The notes under the pieces are model-generated. The model saw only the letters and a program-made list of their open reading frames with translations. It was not told the origin of the DNA and did not search any database. Position numbers and translations under genes: made by a program. A stretch of 64,000 bases of DNA from Candidatus Latescibacterota bacterium (lineage in GTDB: Bacteria; Latescibacterota; UBA2968; GCA-2709665), in the NCBI GenBank assembly GCA_965116875.1, contig OZ220733.1:3840001-3904000 (forward strand), given 5' to 3'. Shown here piece after piece: positions 18,281 to 27,463 of this stretch (its first letter is position 1; the number at the start of each line of letters is the position of its first letter).

Positions 18281-19735
18281 ATGAATGTGCGCTGCTGCTT
18301 CGTACTGGGCTCGTTGATTGTGCTGCTGATTCCCGGTGCGGTCCTGTCCCACAGTCTCGGGGCGGATTTCGACGGGAACGGCGAAGTGGGGTTCACGGAT
18401 TTCCTGCTGTTCGCCGAAGCGTACGGGTCCACGAACGTCCGGTTCGATCTGAACGACGACGGACAGGTGGACTTCGACGACTTCCTGCTGTTTGCCGGTG
18501 ACTTCGGCAAGGTAACCCACGAGGAGGGAGAGACCGGCGTCGGCGGCGTCCGCTCCACGTTCGAGGCGATACAGGACCATATCTTCAACGAGAGCTGCAT
18601 CAGCAGTTCCTGCCACAGCTCAGCGTGGGCCGCCGCCGGGCTTTCGCTCGAGCCCGACGTGGCATACGAGCAACTTGTGGGGCGGGTGCCGCAGAACGCG
18701 AAGGCGCGGGAAGAGGGGATGCTGCTGGTCAGGGCGGGGGAACTCGAAACGAGTTTCCTGATGACGAAGCTGACCGGTTCCGGTGTGGGGTACGGCGATC
18801 GGATGCCCAGGTCGTATTCCAGCCTGAGCGGGGTCGCGATCGATGCGATCCGGTCGTGGATCGCGGCCGGGGCGCCCCGAGACAGCGTCGTGCCGGATGC
18901 GCCGGACCTGGACCGGGTCCTGCACAATACGGAGTTCTATTTTCAGCCGCCCGCGCCGCCCGCGCGGGGCATACAGCTTCACCTGAAACCCTTTGCGATC
19001 GCGCCACGGTCGGAGCGGGAGATTTTCTCGACGACGCGGCTGAGGGTTACGGAAGACCTGATGGTGAACAAAATCGAAGTGTTCCAACCGGAAGGCAGCC
19101 ATCACTTCATCCTCTATCAGTCGACCAACGATAACCCGCCCCCTCCCGGAATTCGCGATCTGGATCCGGTCGAGGCGCTCGGTATCTTCCGGAAACGGTT
19201 CGTCGTGGGCAGCCAGTCGCCCGAGGCGGTTTTCGATTTCCCGGAGGGCATCGCGATCCCGATGCCTGCCGACGCGGTCTACGAACTGAACTCCCATTTC
19301 GTGAACACGTCGGGAGAGAACACGCTCATCGGCGAAGTGTACGTCAATCTGCACACGATTCCCGCGGACAGCGTCAAGGTGGCGGCAAAGCCCATCTTTA
19401 TCAGCAATTTCGGCATATCGGTTCCTCCGGGTCGAACGGAGACGACCGCACGGGACTGGACGCTGGAGCGCGACGTCAACGTGATCATGCTGTCGTCGCA
19501 CATGCATCGTCACGGGCGGCGTTTCGATATTTTTCTGGGGGACGAACGGATATATCGGAACGAGGAGTGGGACGAACCGGTGACGCTCGTGTTCAATCCG
19601 GCGCTTCAGGTCAAGGCCGGAGAAAGGGTGAGTTTCGAGTGCACCCACGAAAACGACGACAAGGACTTCACCATCCGGTTCGGATTTACGGCTGAAAACG
19701 ACGAGATGTGCATCATGCTGGGATATTACTACTGA
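18281..19735 (+). CDS. Secreted copper type II (PHM/DBH-like) monooxygenase with EF-hand/dockerin-like and cytochrome-c-like domains
   Basis: Signal peptide; DFDGNGEVGFTDF and DLNDDGQVDFDDF repeats; CISSSCH...RMP; Cu ligands SHHF, NSHF, SHMH, EMC. Confidence 0.8.
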   Translation: MNVRCCFVLGSLIVLLIPGAVLSHSLGADFDGNGEVGFTDFLLFAEAYGSTNVRFDLNDDGQVDFDDFLLFAGDFGKVTHEEGETGVGGVRSTFEAIQDHIFNESCISSSCHSSAWAAAGLSLEPDVAYEQLVGRVPQNAKAREEGMLLVRAGELETSFLMTKLTGSGVGYGDRMPRSYSSLSGVAIDAIRSWIAAGAPRDSVVPDAPDLDRVLHNTEFYFQPPAPPARGIQLHLKPFAIAPRSEREIFSTTRLRVTEDLMVNKIEVFQPEGSHHFILYQSTNDNPPPPGIRDLDPVEALGIFRKRFVVGSQSPEAVFDFPEGIAIPMPADAVYELNSHFVNTSGENTLIGEVYVNLHTIPADSVKVAAKPIFISNFGISVPPGRTETTARDWTLERDVNVIMLSSHMHRHGRRFDIFLGDERIYRNEEWDEPVTLVFNPALQVKAGERVSFECTHENDDKDFTIRFGFTAENDEMCIMLGYYY

Positions 19736-19804
19736 AGAAACCGGCAGACGTTCGTCGCCGATTGAGGGAAGCGTCCGTCGGCCTTCGCACGACGTTGATC
19801 TCCG

Positions 19805-20572
19805 TCAGATACTCCGCATCACGTCGTCGAACAGGACCCCGTTTGTGGAAATCGCCTCGTCGCCCCGGATGGTCGGGTTTCCGCTCCAGTCCGTAAACGT
19901 GCCGCCCGCTTCTTCCAGTATCGGCTGCAACGCGGCGCAGTCCCACACGGCCATAATGGGGTCCAGCATGATTTCCGCACGGCCCGTGGCGACGAGGATG
20001 TGCCCGTAACAGTCCCCCCATCCCCGGCAGTAAGCGACCCTTCCCGCCAGTTTTCTGTACGCGCCGTCCCTTCCGAACTCGGCGAACGATTCGACGTCGG
20101 TGGCGCAGAGGAGGGCGTCTTCCAGGCGCGAGACCGTGGAGACGCTGGCCGGGCGGCCGTTCCACGTACAGCCCGATCCCCTGGCGGCGCAGACCATCTC
20201 GTTCATTGCGGGAAGGTGGACCACGCCGACGGAGGGGACGCCATCGATTTCCACGCAGATCATCACGCCGTAGAGCGGAACGCCGTGGACGAAGGACTTC
20301 GTTCCGTCGATCGGGTCGATAATCCAGCGACGCCCGGTCCGGCCGTCCCGGTCGCCGAATTCTTCTCCCACGATGGCGTCGTCCGGAAAACGGTCCTGTA
20401 TCAGTCCGGCGATCCTGCGTTCCGCGGCCCGGTCGGCTTCGGTAACGGGGCTGTCGTCCGATTTTCTGTCAACCTGGACGCCGGTCTGAAAGTAGCGCAG
20501 GGTAATGCGCCCGGCCTGCCAGGCCGCGTGGGTGCTGAAGGCCAGAAGATCCTGGAGTGATGGCTGGGCCAC
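19805..20572 (-). CDS. hisN: Histidinol-phosphatase, inositol monophosphatase family
   Basis: SPVTEAD, GEE, WIIDPIDGTKSF, GWGDCYG, WD motifs. Confidence 0.85.
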   Translation of the reverse strand: MAQPSLQDLLAFSTHAAWQAGRITLRYFQTGVQVDRKSDDSPVTEADRAAERRIAGLIQDRFPDDAIVGEEFGDRDGRTGRRWIIDPIDGTKSFVHGVPLYGVMICVEIDGVPSVGVVHLPAMNEMVCAARGSGCTWNGRPASVSTVSRLEDALLCATDVESFAEFGRDGAYRKLAGRVAYCRGWGDCYGHILVATGRAEIMLDPIMAVWDCAALQPILEEAGGTFTDWSGNPTIRGDEAISTNGVLFDDVMRSI

Positions 20573-20588
20573 GGGCGTTCCTTTCTCG

Positions 20589-20661
20589 GAAGTTGTTTTA
20601 AGATTACCGGCGAGTTCCGGGGCGCGAGCGGAAAAGTGGCGGTCAAGGCGGGAAAATCCGC
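20589..20661. mobile_element. MITE-like repeat family B, left half only
   Basis: GAAGTTGTTTTAAGATTACCGG...CAAGGCGGGAAAATCCGC matches the first ~73 bp of 54884-55045. Confidence 0.8.
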
Positions 20662-20743
20662 GAATATTTAACGTATCATGGCAGGAATGTATGCAGGCGG
20701 CGGAAGGAAGTCAAGTCAGCCGCGGTAATTCTCGGAGTTCCGC

Positions 20744-20772
20744 TTGCGTTTTCGCACGGGAATGCTTATATT
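20744..20772 (+). promoter_or_regulatory. Sigma70-type promoter
   Basis: TTGCGT-N17-TATATT in an AT-rich intergenic patch. Confidence 0.55.
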
Positions 20773-20890
20773 TTTACATGGACGTTGTATCCTCACGGAT
20801 TCAACCTCTAAAAGTGCCTTGAATCTACGGAAGGGTGACCCAACCGGAAGTTATTCCACAGGTTACTGTGGAACTTCGTCAATAATTTTC

Positions 20891-20918
20891 GGCGCCTGGT
20901 AGGTTAGGCGCTTTTTTT
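20891..20918 (+). terminator. Intrinsic terminator
   Basis: GGCGCCT(GG)..(TT)AGGCGC hairpin followed by T7. Confidence 0.7.
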
Positions 20919-20992
20919 ATCGCCATACTCCGTTTGCGGGACGTGCGGCGGCCCGTCGGCGTACGGGACCTCTCCCCCCGGCCCATCAGAAG

Positions 20993-21137
20993 CGGGTAGA
21001 CGGTAGAGGGGAGAGATCGGATGCCGAAACGGGATTCCTTTTATGCGTCAGGCAATTCGGAAGAATAGACGGGCAAGGGCTTCTTCTCCCGTCTCCCGTC
21101 TTGCGTCTACCCGATTTTTCACCTCTACCGTCTCCCC
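20993..21137. repeat. Degenerate heptamer repeats (GTAGACG / CGTCT(A/C)C) in inverted arrangement
   Basis: GGTAGACGGTAGAGGGGAGAG on the left; CTCCCGTCTCCCGTCTTGCGTCTACC and CTCTACCGTCTCCCC on the right. A related tract lies at 18184-18206. Confidence 0.55.
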
Positions 21138-21198
21138 GCATTCTGGCTTTTTGTGGCCAATTTTTTTTCGAAATAAGGCTGATCGAAGGGGCGAACAG

Positions 21199-21972
21199 AT
21201 GCTGGACGTCGAGTTTGTGGAACCGTCGGAAGTGGAGAAGGCGGCGCGAATTTTCCATCGGGACGGGCTTGTCGTGATGCGAAACGCACTGACAGCAGAA
21301 CAGCTTTCCTTTGCGCGGTCGGGGGCGGATCGCGTGATCGCCCAGCAGACGGCCGCCATTCCGTTGGAGGATGCGAACCGGGGGTACGCCCGCTACTCCT
21401 TCGGACAGCAGATCCACCACCCGGAGTGGGCCCAACTGATTGATTTACAAACGGTTCTACCAGTCCTGGAAGCGATCTGGACGAGCAGTGATTTCCACTG
21501 CTGGGGCGCCGGAGGAGATTATTCGCTGCCCGGCGCAAGGATACAGAAGCTGCACGCGGATATCACGGATATGCTCCGCGACCCCCAGGGGCGGGTGAAT
21601 GTATTCGACCTGCCAACGCCGGTAATTGTCGTGAATTTCCCCATGGTGGATTTCAGGGAGATCAACGGCGCGACGCGGTTTGTGCCCGGCACCCACCGCA
21701 ATCGCGAGCCGGCGCCCGGGCTGGAGGATGAGCCCGACTGGATGAAGCGGTCGATTGTATGCGGACCGGCCGGCGGGGCGGTTATTCGCGACATCCGATG
21801 CTGGCACGGGGGCACGGCCAACCGGTCGGATGAGATTCGCGCGATGACCAGCGTGGGTTATTCGGCGCCGTGGTTCGTGTGGCTCAGAAAGGAACACCCC
21901 TTGCCCCGGTCCATGTACGACTCCCTTTCGGATCGGGCGAAGGACCTGACCCGCTTTATCGTGGAAATCTGA
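21199..21972 (+). CDS. Phytanoyl-CoA dioxygenase (PhyH) family Fe/2OG oxygenase
   Basis: FHRDGLVV, LHAD, NGATRFVPGTH, WHGGTANRS..R. Start trimmed to ATG 21199. Confidence 0.88.
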   Translation: MLDVEFVEPSEVEKAARIFHRDGLVVMRNALTAEQLSFARSGADRVIAQQTAAIPLEDANRGYARYSFGQQIHHPEWAQLIDLQTVLPVLEAIWTSSDFHCWGAGGDYSLPGARIQKLHADITDMLRDPQGRVNVFDLPTPVIVVNFPMVDFREINGATRFVPGTHRNREPAPGLEDEPDWMKRSIVCGPAGGAVIRDIRCWHGGTANRSDEIRAMTSVGYSAPWFVWLRKEHPLPRSMYDSLSDRAKDLTRFIVEI

Positions 21973-22080
21973 GCCGCAGGCAACCGGGACGCGGTCCGGT
22001 GATGGAGGGACAGCAGCGAATGGCAAACCGATCGGCCCCGCAACCCGGGGCCCGGACCAGGGCATATTGAGGCGAGCGGC

Positions 22081-22122
22081 ACACGCGGGGCGCAACTGAC
22101 GTTGCGCCCCGCGTGTTTTTTT
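22081..22122 (+). terminator. Intrinsic terminator between convergent genes
   Basis: ACACGCGGGGCGCAAC-TGAC-GTTGCGCCCCGCGTGT perfect 16-bp stem followed by a T run. Confidence 0.85.
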
Positions 22123-23140
22123 ATGGTTCGTGACCGACGTCCTGAAGCGAGATCTGCCTTCCGGCGTTGTGCGCTTTGACCGCCGCGGTGGATACCGCGA
22201 CGCTTTCCAGTATTTCGGCGTAGGGAACCGGGGGCTGGCGGGACTCGACCATCTCCTTCATCAGCTTGATGTTCTCGTACGCGCCGTAGGGGAAGACGTA
22301 GTCGCCAAGGGGGGCCGAATGAATATCGCCCATATTTCCGTACGCGCTGGCGTAGAACGCGCAGTGGTACGTTTCGCCGGTATCGCAACTGAGCATGGCG
22401 CCGCAACGGGGAAAGCGCGGTTCGTCCGGGTAGACCAGGCGCATGAAGCCGCCCGTGTTTTCCCCCATGGATTCCACGGCGCGCACGCCGGGTCCGAAGA
22501 AGTTCTGGGCCAGGCAGATGGCATGGATCTGGCCTGCCAGGGAGGGGCCTCCCCCGCGGATGGAGACGAATTCCAGATTGCCGACTTCCGGAAAGCGGGC
22601 GGCGAATTGCCTGGCCTGAGGCAGCGTATTCAGAATGGAGCGTGAAAGCAAGGGGGCATTGTGTTTCCGGGCCAGGCTGACAATGGCGTTCGCGTTGTCC
22701 AGATTGTTCGCAAGCGGCTTGTCGATGAAGGTGGGCACCCCTCTTTCCAGGCCGGGCCTGGCCAGCTCCAGATGGTCGGCGCCGTCGTAGTTGCAATCGG
22801 CTACAAGAACGAGGTCCACGTCGTCCGAGACTTCGTGAACATGGTCGCACACCAGCGGTCTGGAGTTGAAGACCTGCGCGAAGACGTCGCCGACACCGGG
22901 ATGTTCGTCCCATACGCGGGCGATTTCGAATTCGTGAAGGCACGGAACGGTCATGCGGGTGGGGTCGCTGTAGAATGTATAGAAATAAAAGTGGGCCCCG
23001 CCGCTCATCCAGGTGTATGGCGCGCCGGCGCTGTCATCCATGGGGTTCTGCAGCCGCAGCGGCGCGTGTTCGGCCATCAACGCGCCGTAGTACATGCCGT
23101 GCATGTCGCAGCGGACCAGTCCGATCCGTATTTTTTTCAT
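22121..23140 (-). CDS. Gfo/Idh/MocA-family oxidoreductase
   Basis: MKKIRIGLV, HLELARPGLERGVPTFIDKPLA. Start trimmed to ATG 23140. Confidence 0.8.
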   Translation of the reverse strand: MKKIRIGLVRCDMHGMYYGALMAEHAPLRLQNPMDDSAGAPYTWMSGGAHFYFYTFYSDPTRMTVPCLHEFEIARVWDEHPGVGDVFAQVFNSRPLVCDHVHEVSDDVDLVLVADCNYDGADHLELARPGLERGVPTFIDKPLANNLDNANAIVSLARKHNAPLLSRSILNTLPQARQFAARFPEVGNLEFVSIRGGGPSLAGQIHAICLAQNFFGPGVRAVESMGENTGGFMRLVYPDEPRFPRCGAMLSCDTGETYHCAFYASAYGNMGDIHSAPLGDYVFPYGAYENIKLMKEMVESRQPPVPYAEILESVAVSTAAVKAHNAGRQISLQDVGHEP

Positions 23141-23257
23141 CGCAATTCTCCCGAATAGAACAGGCATACAGACGCTTGACCGGGTATGCAGTGATTGCCC
23201 GGAACTTACGAGTGCGAAAAGTATGAAAAAAAGTGCGCCGGAACAAGAAGTTTCTAC

Positions 23258-23286
23258 TTGAATACTGAACATATGTTCAGTATATT
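23258..23286 (+). promoter_or_regulatory. Sigma70 promoter overlapped by a 22-bp perfect palindrome (LexA/SOS-box-like operator)
   Basis: TTGAAT(23258-63)-N17-TATATT(23281-86); palindrome ATACTGAACATATGTTCAGTAT at 23262-23283. Confidence 0.75.
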
Positions 23287-23373
23287 TCCGTGTGCTGGAG
23301 TACACTGCATGTTTCCAGGGCGCGTCAACAATTCTCAATCGGACGTGTACCTTCAGTTCACGGAGGTTGGGCG

Positions 23374-24228
23374 ATGATTGCCGGAATCCACGAAGGTTGT
23401 GCCACGTTGGAAGACAGGTCGCTGAAATACTACTACAAAGAGGTCGATCGACATCCGCGGATCGATCCGGCCGAAGAACGGGCCCTCACGGCCAGGGTCG
23501 AAGCGGGGGACGAAGCCGCAATCGCGGCGCTCGTAAATGCGAATCTTCGATTTGTCATTCATATCGCCAGAGGATATCAGAACCAGGGCCTGCCGCTGGG
23601 CGATCTCATCAACGAGGGCAATTGCGGGCTGTTTACCGCTGCGCGAAAATTCGATCGGAGCCGGGGATGCAGGTTCATCACGTACGCAGTCTGGTGGATC
23701 CGGCAGCACATTCTGAAGGCGCTGGACGTCCAGACCCGGACCGTCCGTGTGCCGGCCAGTGTCCTGAACGACATCGGCCGGTTGCGAAAAGCCGAGGACC
23801 GTCTGATGCAGCGCCTGGAACGAAATCCGGAGCCGCGGGAAGTCGCCGCCTGCGCCGGTTTGCCGGACAAAAGGCTTGACCGCTGTCTGGACGGGGGCGC
23901 GAACGCCGTCTCGCTCGATTCCGCAGGTTCGGACGACCGACTCAGTATTGCAGAGACGCTTCCGGACCGGCACGTCGCGTCGGCGGAAGAGACGCTCCAC
24001 GAGAAGTGCCGAACACGCGCCGTAAAGGACACGCTCGATGCTCTTTCGGAACGGCACAGGACAGTCATAACGCTCTATTTCGGTATGCACGGGGAGGAGC
24101 CGACCACCTACCAGGAGATCGGACGCCGCCTGGGAATCAGCCGGGAACGGGTGAGGCAGTTGAAGGAGGACGCATTCGGAAAGTTGAGGCAGCCGTCGGT
24201 AAGGAAGCGTCTGGCGGCGCATCTCTAG
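23374..24228 (+). CDS. RpoD/RpoS-like sigma70-family factor lacking region 1.1
   Basis: LVNANLRFV, DLINEGN.GL, FITYAVWWIRQ, region 4 EIGRRLGISRERVRQ. GGAGGT RBS before ATG 23374. Confidence 0.92.
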   Translation: MIAGIHEGCATLEDRSLKYYYKEVDRHPRIDPAEERALTARVEAGDEAAIAALVNANLRFVIHIARGYQNQGLPLGDLINEGNCGLFTAARKFDRSRGCRFITYAVWWIRQHILKALDVQTRTVRVPASVLNDIGRLRKAEDRLMQRLERNPEPREVAACAGLPDKRLDRCLDGGANAVSLDSAGSDDRLSIAETLPDRHVASAEETLHEKCRTRAVKDTLDALSERHRTVITLYFGMHGEEPTTYQEIGRRLGISRERVRQLKEDAFGKLRQPSVRKRLAAHL

Positions 24229-24361
24229 CAGGTTTTGAAATACCCGTTCTTTTCGTCCGGCTCCGCGGATTTACGGACGTTTGCCCTTGACGAAATCGGG
24301 CAAATGCATCAACTTATATCCGTTCACAGCCCTCGATTCGGTTTCTCAAGGCCGTTTGCCC

Positions 24362-25147
24362 GTGCAGATCATCATTATCGCGATTCTTGGCGCCCTGACT
24401 TTGATATGGGCCGGCGTTTTTGCGCTCATCCAATGGGCGAAACCGCTGTCGCCGAAGCACCTGTTGGGCTTTGGCGGTTACGTGAGCGTCGTGTCCGGCC
24501 TGATGGTCTTCCTTGTGATTCAAACGGCCCTCCGGCAGCAGGACGCGGCGATGAAAGACACCCGGGAACGGCTGGACAGGACGGTGGAGACCTTTCGGGA
24601 GAAGCTGGACGAACAGGGCGCGAAACTGCTGGACCGGACGCTGGAAAAGGTGGATCTGACGAAGTCGGAATGGGAAGTGCGGGCGGACCTGCAGGAGGAG
24701 CGGTCGCGCCATGCGCGCACAAAAGCCGATCTCAAGGAATTGCGCGCCCGGCTTGGGCAGACGCAGGCGGAGCTGACGGAAGAAGAAAACGCCCGCGGCG
24801 CCTATTCGGACAGCCTGAATACGGAACGCGCGCTCAGACGGGACTTGCAGGCGCGCCTCGCACGTGAGGAGGCGCGCCACAGGAAAACCGTTGAAAACCT
24901 CGCCCGAACGCGCAGAAACCTGGCGGGTGCGGAAGCGCGCGTCGATCGACAGGAAAATGAAATGGCCCGGTTGCGCACATCCCTGCAACGCACGGAGCAG
25001 CGCGCTCGGCTGGCGCTGAAGAACGCGGCTGCGGCGCAGAATGAACTCATCAACGCGATGATCAGGCAGGGCAGGGCGGCTGACACCCTTCAGGCTGCCG
25101 TGGATTCCATCTACGGCAAGGTCATGAAACGACCGCGGAAGCCATAG
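24362..25147 (+). CDS. Hypothetical membrane protein (2 TM plus long coiled coil)
   Basis: Two hydrophobic segments followed by ~190 aa of heptad pattern. Start uncertain (GTG 24362 or TTG 24281). Confidence 0.7.
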   Translation: MQIIIIAILGALTLIWAGVFALIQWAKPLSPKHLLGFGGYVSVVSGLMVFLVIQTALRQQDAAMKDTRERLDRTVETFREKLDEQGAKLLDRTLEKVDLTKSEWEVRADLQEERSRHARTKADLKELRARLGQTQAELTEEENARGAYSDSLNTERALRRDLQARLAREEARHRKTVENLARTRRNLAGAEARVDRQENEMARLRTSLQRTEQRARLALKNAAAAQNELINAMIRQGRAADTLQAAVDSIYGKVMKRPRKP

Positions 25148-25265
25148 CCTGAACGCGGGCAGGAAACACCCCGATCTGCGTGTTCAGATACCTGTTGCGC
25201 AATATCCAGCCTGACGTCTCACCGCGGTTCACCCGGCGTGAATCCGCATTTTTCGGAGGTGGCTC

Positions 25266-26132
25266 GTGAACAAAGGACCCGATCCATCCGGCGACAGGAA
25301 GCGTATCGTGATCGCCGTCGGCTTTCTGGCGGCATTGATGGTTATTCTGTTGTTGACGGTATGGAAGCCGGATACCGTTCCGGAGGTCGACCCGCAGGTC
25401 GCGCAACTGGAGAGCGATATCGAGCTCTATACGGGCCAGATCGATTCGTTGAACGCGCTGGTGGATGAAATGGACTCGCGAATCGATGCCATGCGCGCCC
25501 ATGTAGACAGCGCGAGAGTGTCCAACCGGAAACTTCTGACGTCGCTGCACAGGGTAACGAGCGAAATGAGGGAGTATCAGGCGCTGTACAGGAAGCAGCA
25601 GGCGATGAACGAGAAGCTGGTAGCGGAACTCAAGCAGCTCCGGGGCGAGAAGGATCAGGCGACCGCGGCCGTCAGGACGTTGAAGATCGAGGTCGACACG
25701 CTGAACAAACTGCTGCACGACAAGACAACCCGCCTGATCAGGCTGGAATCCAGCCTGAAGGAAGCCGTTGAACAGGCGCAGACGATGCAGGAAACCGCAA
25801 CTTCCGTGCTGGTCTACGTTGGAACCGAAGCCACGTTGAAAGAGGCAGGGTATCTGAAAACGTCGCGGGGGATTACGATCCGGAAGAACTACAAACTCGT
25901 CGGCTTTCCGGACGTTACCGATGAACAGAGCCTGGATACCATCAAGAGGGCGTCTATCGGTGCAACCATCGCGATTCCGGGCGAACTGGCGGCGCTGTGC
26001 GACCGTCACGGCAAGTTGAGCAAACGAAAGGAATATCGCGCCAGCAAAGGGCCCGAGGGGCAGACGATGGTCACATTCTGGGACTCAACGCTCATGGGCC
26101 AGCGCGTGCTGGCGGTGTTGAAGAAAAAATAG
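25266..26132 (+). CDS. Membrane-anchored coiled-coil protein with C-terminal globular domain
   Basis: GGAGGT RBS; single TM; coiled coil; C-terminal YVGTEATLKEAGYL...FW domain. Confidence 0.75.
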   Translation: MNKGPDPSGDRKRIVIAVGFLAALMVILLLTVWKPDTVPEVDPQVAQLESDIELYTGQIDSLNALVDEMDSRIDAMRAHVDSARVSNRKLLTSLHRVTSEMREYQALYRKQQAMNEKLVAELKQLRGEKDQATAAVRTLKIEVDTLNKLLHDKTTRLIRLESSLKEAVEQAQTMQETATSVLVYVGTEATLKEAGYLKTSRGITIRKNYKLVGFPDVTDEQSLDTIKRASIGATIAIPGELAALCDRHGKLSKRKEYRASKGPEGQTMVTFWDSTLMGQRVLAVLKKK

Positions 26133-26157
26133 GCAAGACATTCGCTGCAAATCCCAA

Positions 26158-26191
26158 ACCGGCCGTACATGGAGACGGCCGGTTTTTTTTT
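26158..26191 (+). terminator. Intrinsic terminator
   Basis: ACCGGCCGT-N7-ACGGCCGGT followed by a T run. Confidence 0.8.
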
Positions 26192-26222
26192 GCACAGATG
26201 TGGACGATGTGGCGGCTGCCAA

Positions 26223-26645
26223 CTACCACATATGGACGAAGACCGCCGGACGGACCTTCTTCCCGGTGGGGGCCGTGGAGAGCAGCGAGTCGGCGTAGGC
26301 CGCGTGTCTGACCATATAGTCGCGGCTACCGCCGCGCAGGAACAGGTGGAGGTTGCGTTCGGGCTGGGTGATCAGTCCGGCCGTGAGGCGCTCGAATTCC
26401 CCGGGCCCGAGCAGCCGTTCTACGGATTTTCCGTCACTCGACAGGCCGGGTCCCTTTGCCGTGTAGATGAGGACCAGGTCGTCCGATCCGGGGTCGTGGT
26501 GATGCACCCGCCAGACCGGCTGGGCGACGTTCAGGATCATAATGCCCAGGGTGAGCATGAGCATCATGATGCCGAGGAAGAGTTCCTTGCTGACGTCGTG
26601 TTCTTCCGCCTGGGCTGCGGCGCGCTGCAGAAATCGGCTCCTCAA
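26223..26645 (-). CDS. ExbD/TolR/MotB-like single-TM partner protein
   Basis: TTG start overlaps the upstream TGA (TTGA). MRSRFLQRAAAQAEEHDVSKELFLGIMMLMLTLGIMIL, then a small soluble domain. Confidence 0.6.
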   Translation of the reverse strand: MRSRFLQRAAAQAEEHDVSKELFLGIMMLMLTLGIMILNVAQPVWRVHHHDPGSDDLVLIYTAKGPGLSSDGKSVERLLGPGEFERLTAGLITQPERNLHLFLRGGSRDYMVRHAAYADSLLSTAPTGKKVRPAVFVHMW

Positions 26646-27439
26646 TTGGCTTCGCTCCCCGGGTCGTCTCTCATCGCCAGCCATGCCCGTTCCAGGGCGC
26701 CGACCCGTCCCATCAGAATGTCGATGCACTTTCTCAGTGGCAGGTACGCCAGCAGGGCGATCAGGGTGGTCTTGAAGGCCAGTGTCAATCCGTCGGCCAT
26801 ATCGCGGAGCACCTTGAACGTCTCGGTGGCTTCGTCCAGCCGGCTGAGTTCCTGCGCCATGAGCAGGATACCGCATACCGTGCCAAGATAGCCATAGAAG
26901 GGGATGCGTCCCAGGGCGCGATGGCCGGCCAGCAGCTGCTCGCCGATCACCCCGACCAGGTCCGTGATCAGCTCGTCGTCTCTCGTCTTCAGATCCGTGT
27001 ACGAGTCCGTTTCGGTCCTGAGGTCTCCAAGACCGGCCTGCCTCTGGGCAAGCAGGGTGGGCGCCCCTGAAGCGGATGGGATCGAACCCAGGGCCTCCTC
27101 TTCCACGCGAATCCGTTTCCATACGTGGACAATAACGGAAAGGTGCGCGGTGGAAGCGGCCAGGATGAGCGCGTATGCGGAGCGGCCCACCCACTCGATC
27201 CAGCTTTCCGGAAGCGCAATGTAAAGGTAGTAGTAGATGCCCAGCGCGGCGACGCCGAACCCCGCAAGGCCGCCCAGAACGCCGCTGGTCAGTCTCGCCA
27301 GGTTTTCCGGCAGCCCGTACCGCAACTCTTCCCGGCAGATCAAGACGATCTTCTGGATCAGTGTAAGCGCGCCTGCCATGGCGCACGCGGAGGCGAAGAC
27401 AACCACAATCAGGATCTCATACCAGACCAAATGCGACAC
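26642..27439 (-). CDS. MotA/TolQ/ExbB proton-channel family protein
   Basis: IPFYGYLGTVCGI and LAFKTTLIAL match the P..G.LGTV.G and A..TT..G/A channel helices; three additional N-terminal hydrophobic segments. Confidence 0.75.
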   Translation of the reverse strand: MSHLVWYEILIVVVFASACAMAGALTLIQKIVLICREELRYGLPENLARLTSGVLGGLAGFGVAALGIYYYLYIALPESWIEWVGRSAYALILAASTAHLSVIVHVWKRIRVEEEALGSIPSASGAPTLLAQRQAGLGDLRTETDSYTDLKTRDDELITDLVGVIGEQLLAGHRALGRIPFYGYLGTVCGILLMAQELSRLDEATETFKVLRDMADGLTLAFKTTLIALLAYLPLRKCIDILMGRVGALERAWLAMRDDPGSEAN

Positions 27440-27463
27440 GACCTGTCCTCACGTTGGAGTTGT

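Noticed and set aside
20851-20872. TTATTCCACA / CTGTGGAA as DnaA boxes (oriC)
   Set aside because: Not a match to TTATCCACA, only two half-sites forming a hairpin, and no dnaA/dnaN context.
26223-27439. Zorya (ZorAB) anti-phage system
   Set aside because: No long cytoplasmic ZorA tail, no OmpA-like domain in the partner, and no ZorC/D/E-like genes.
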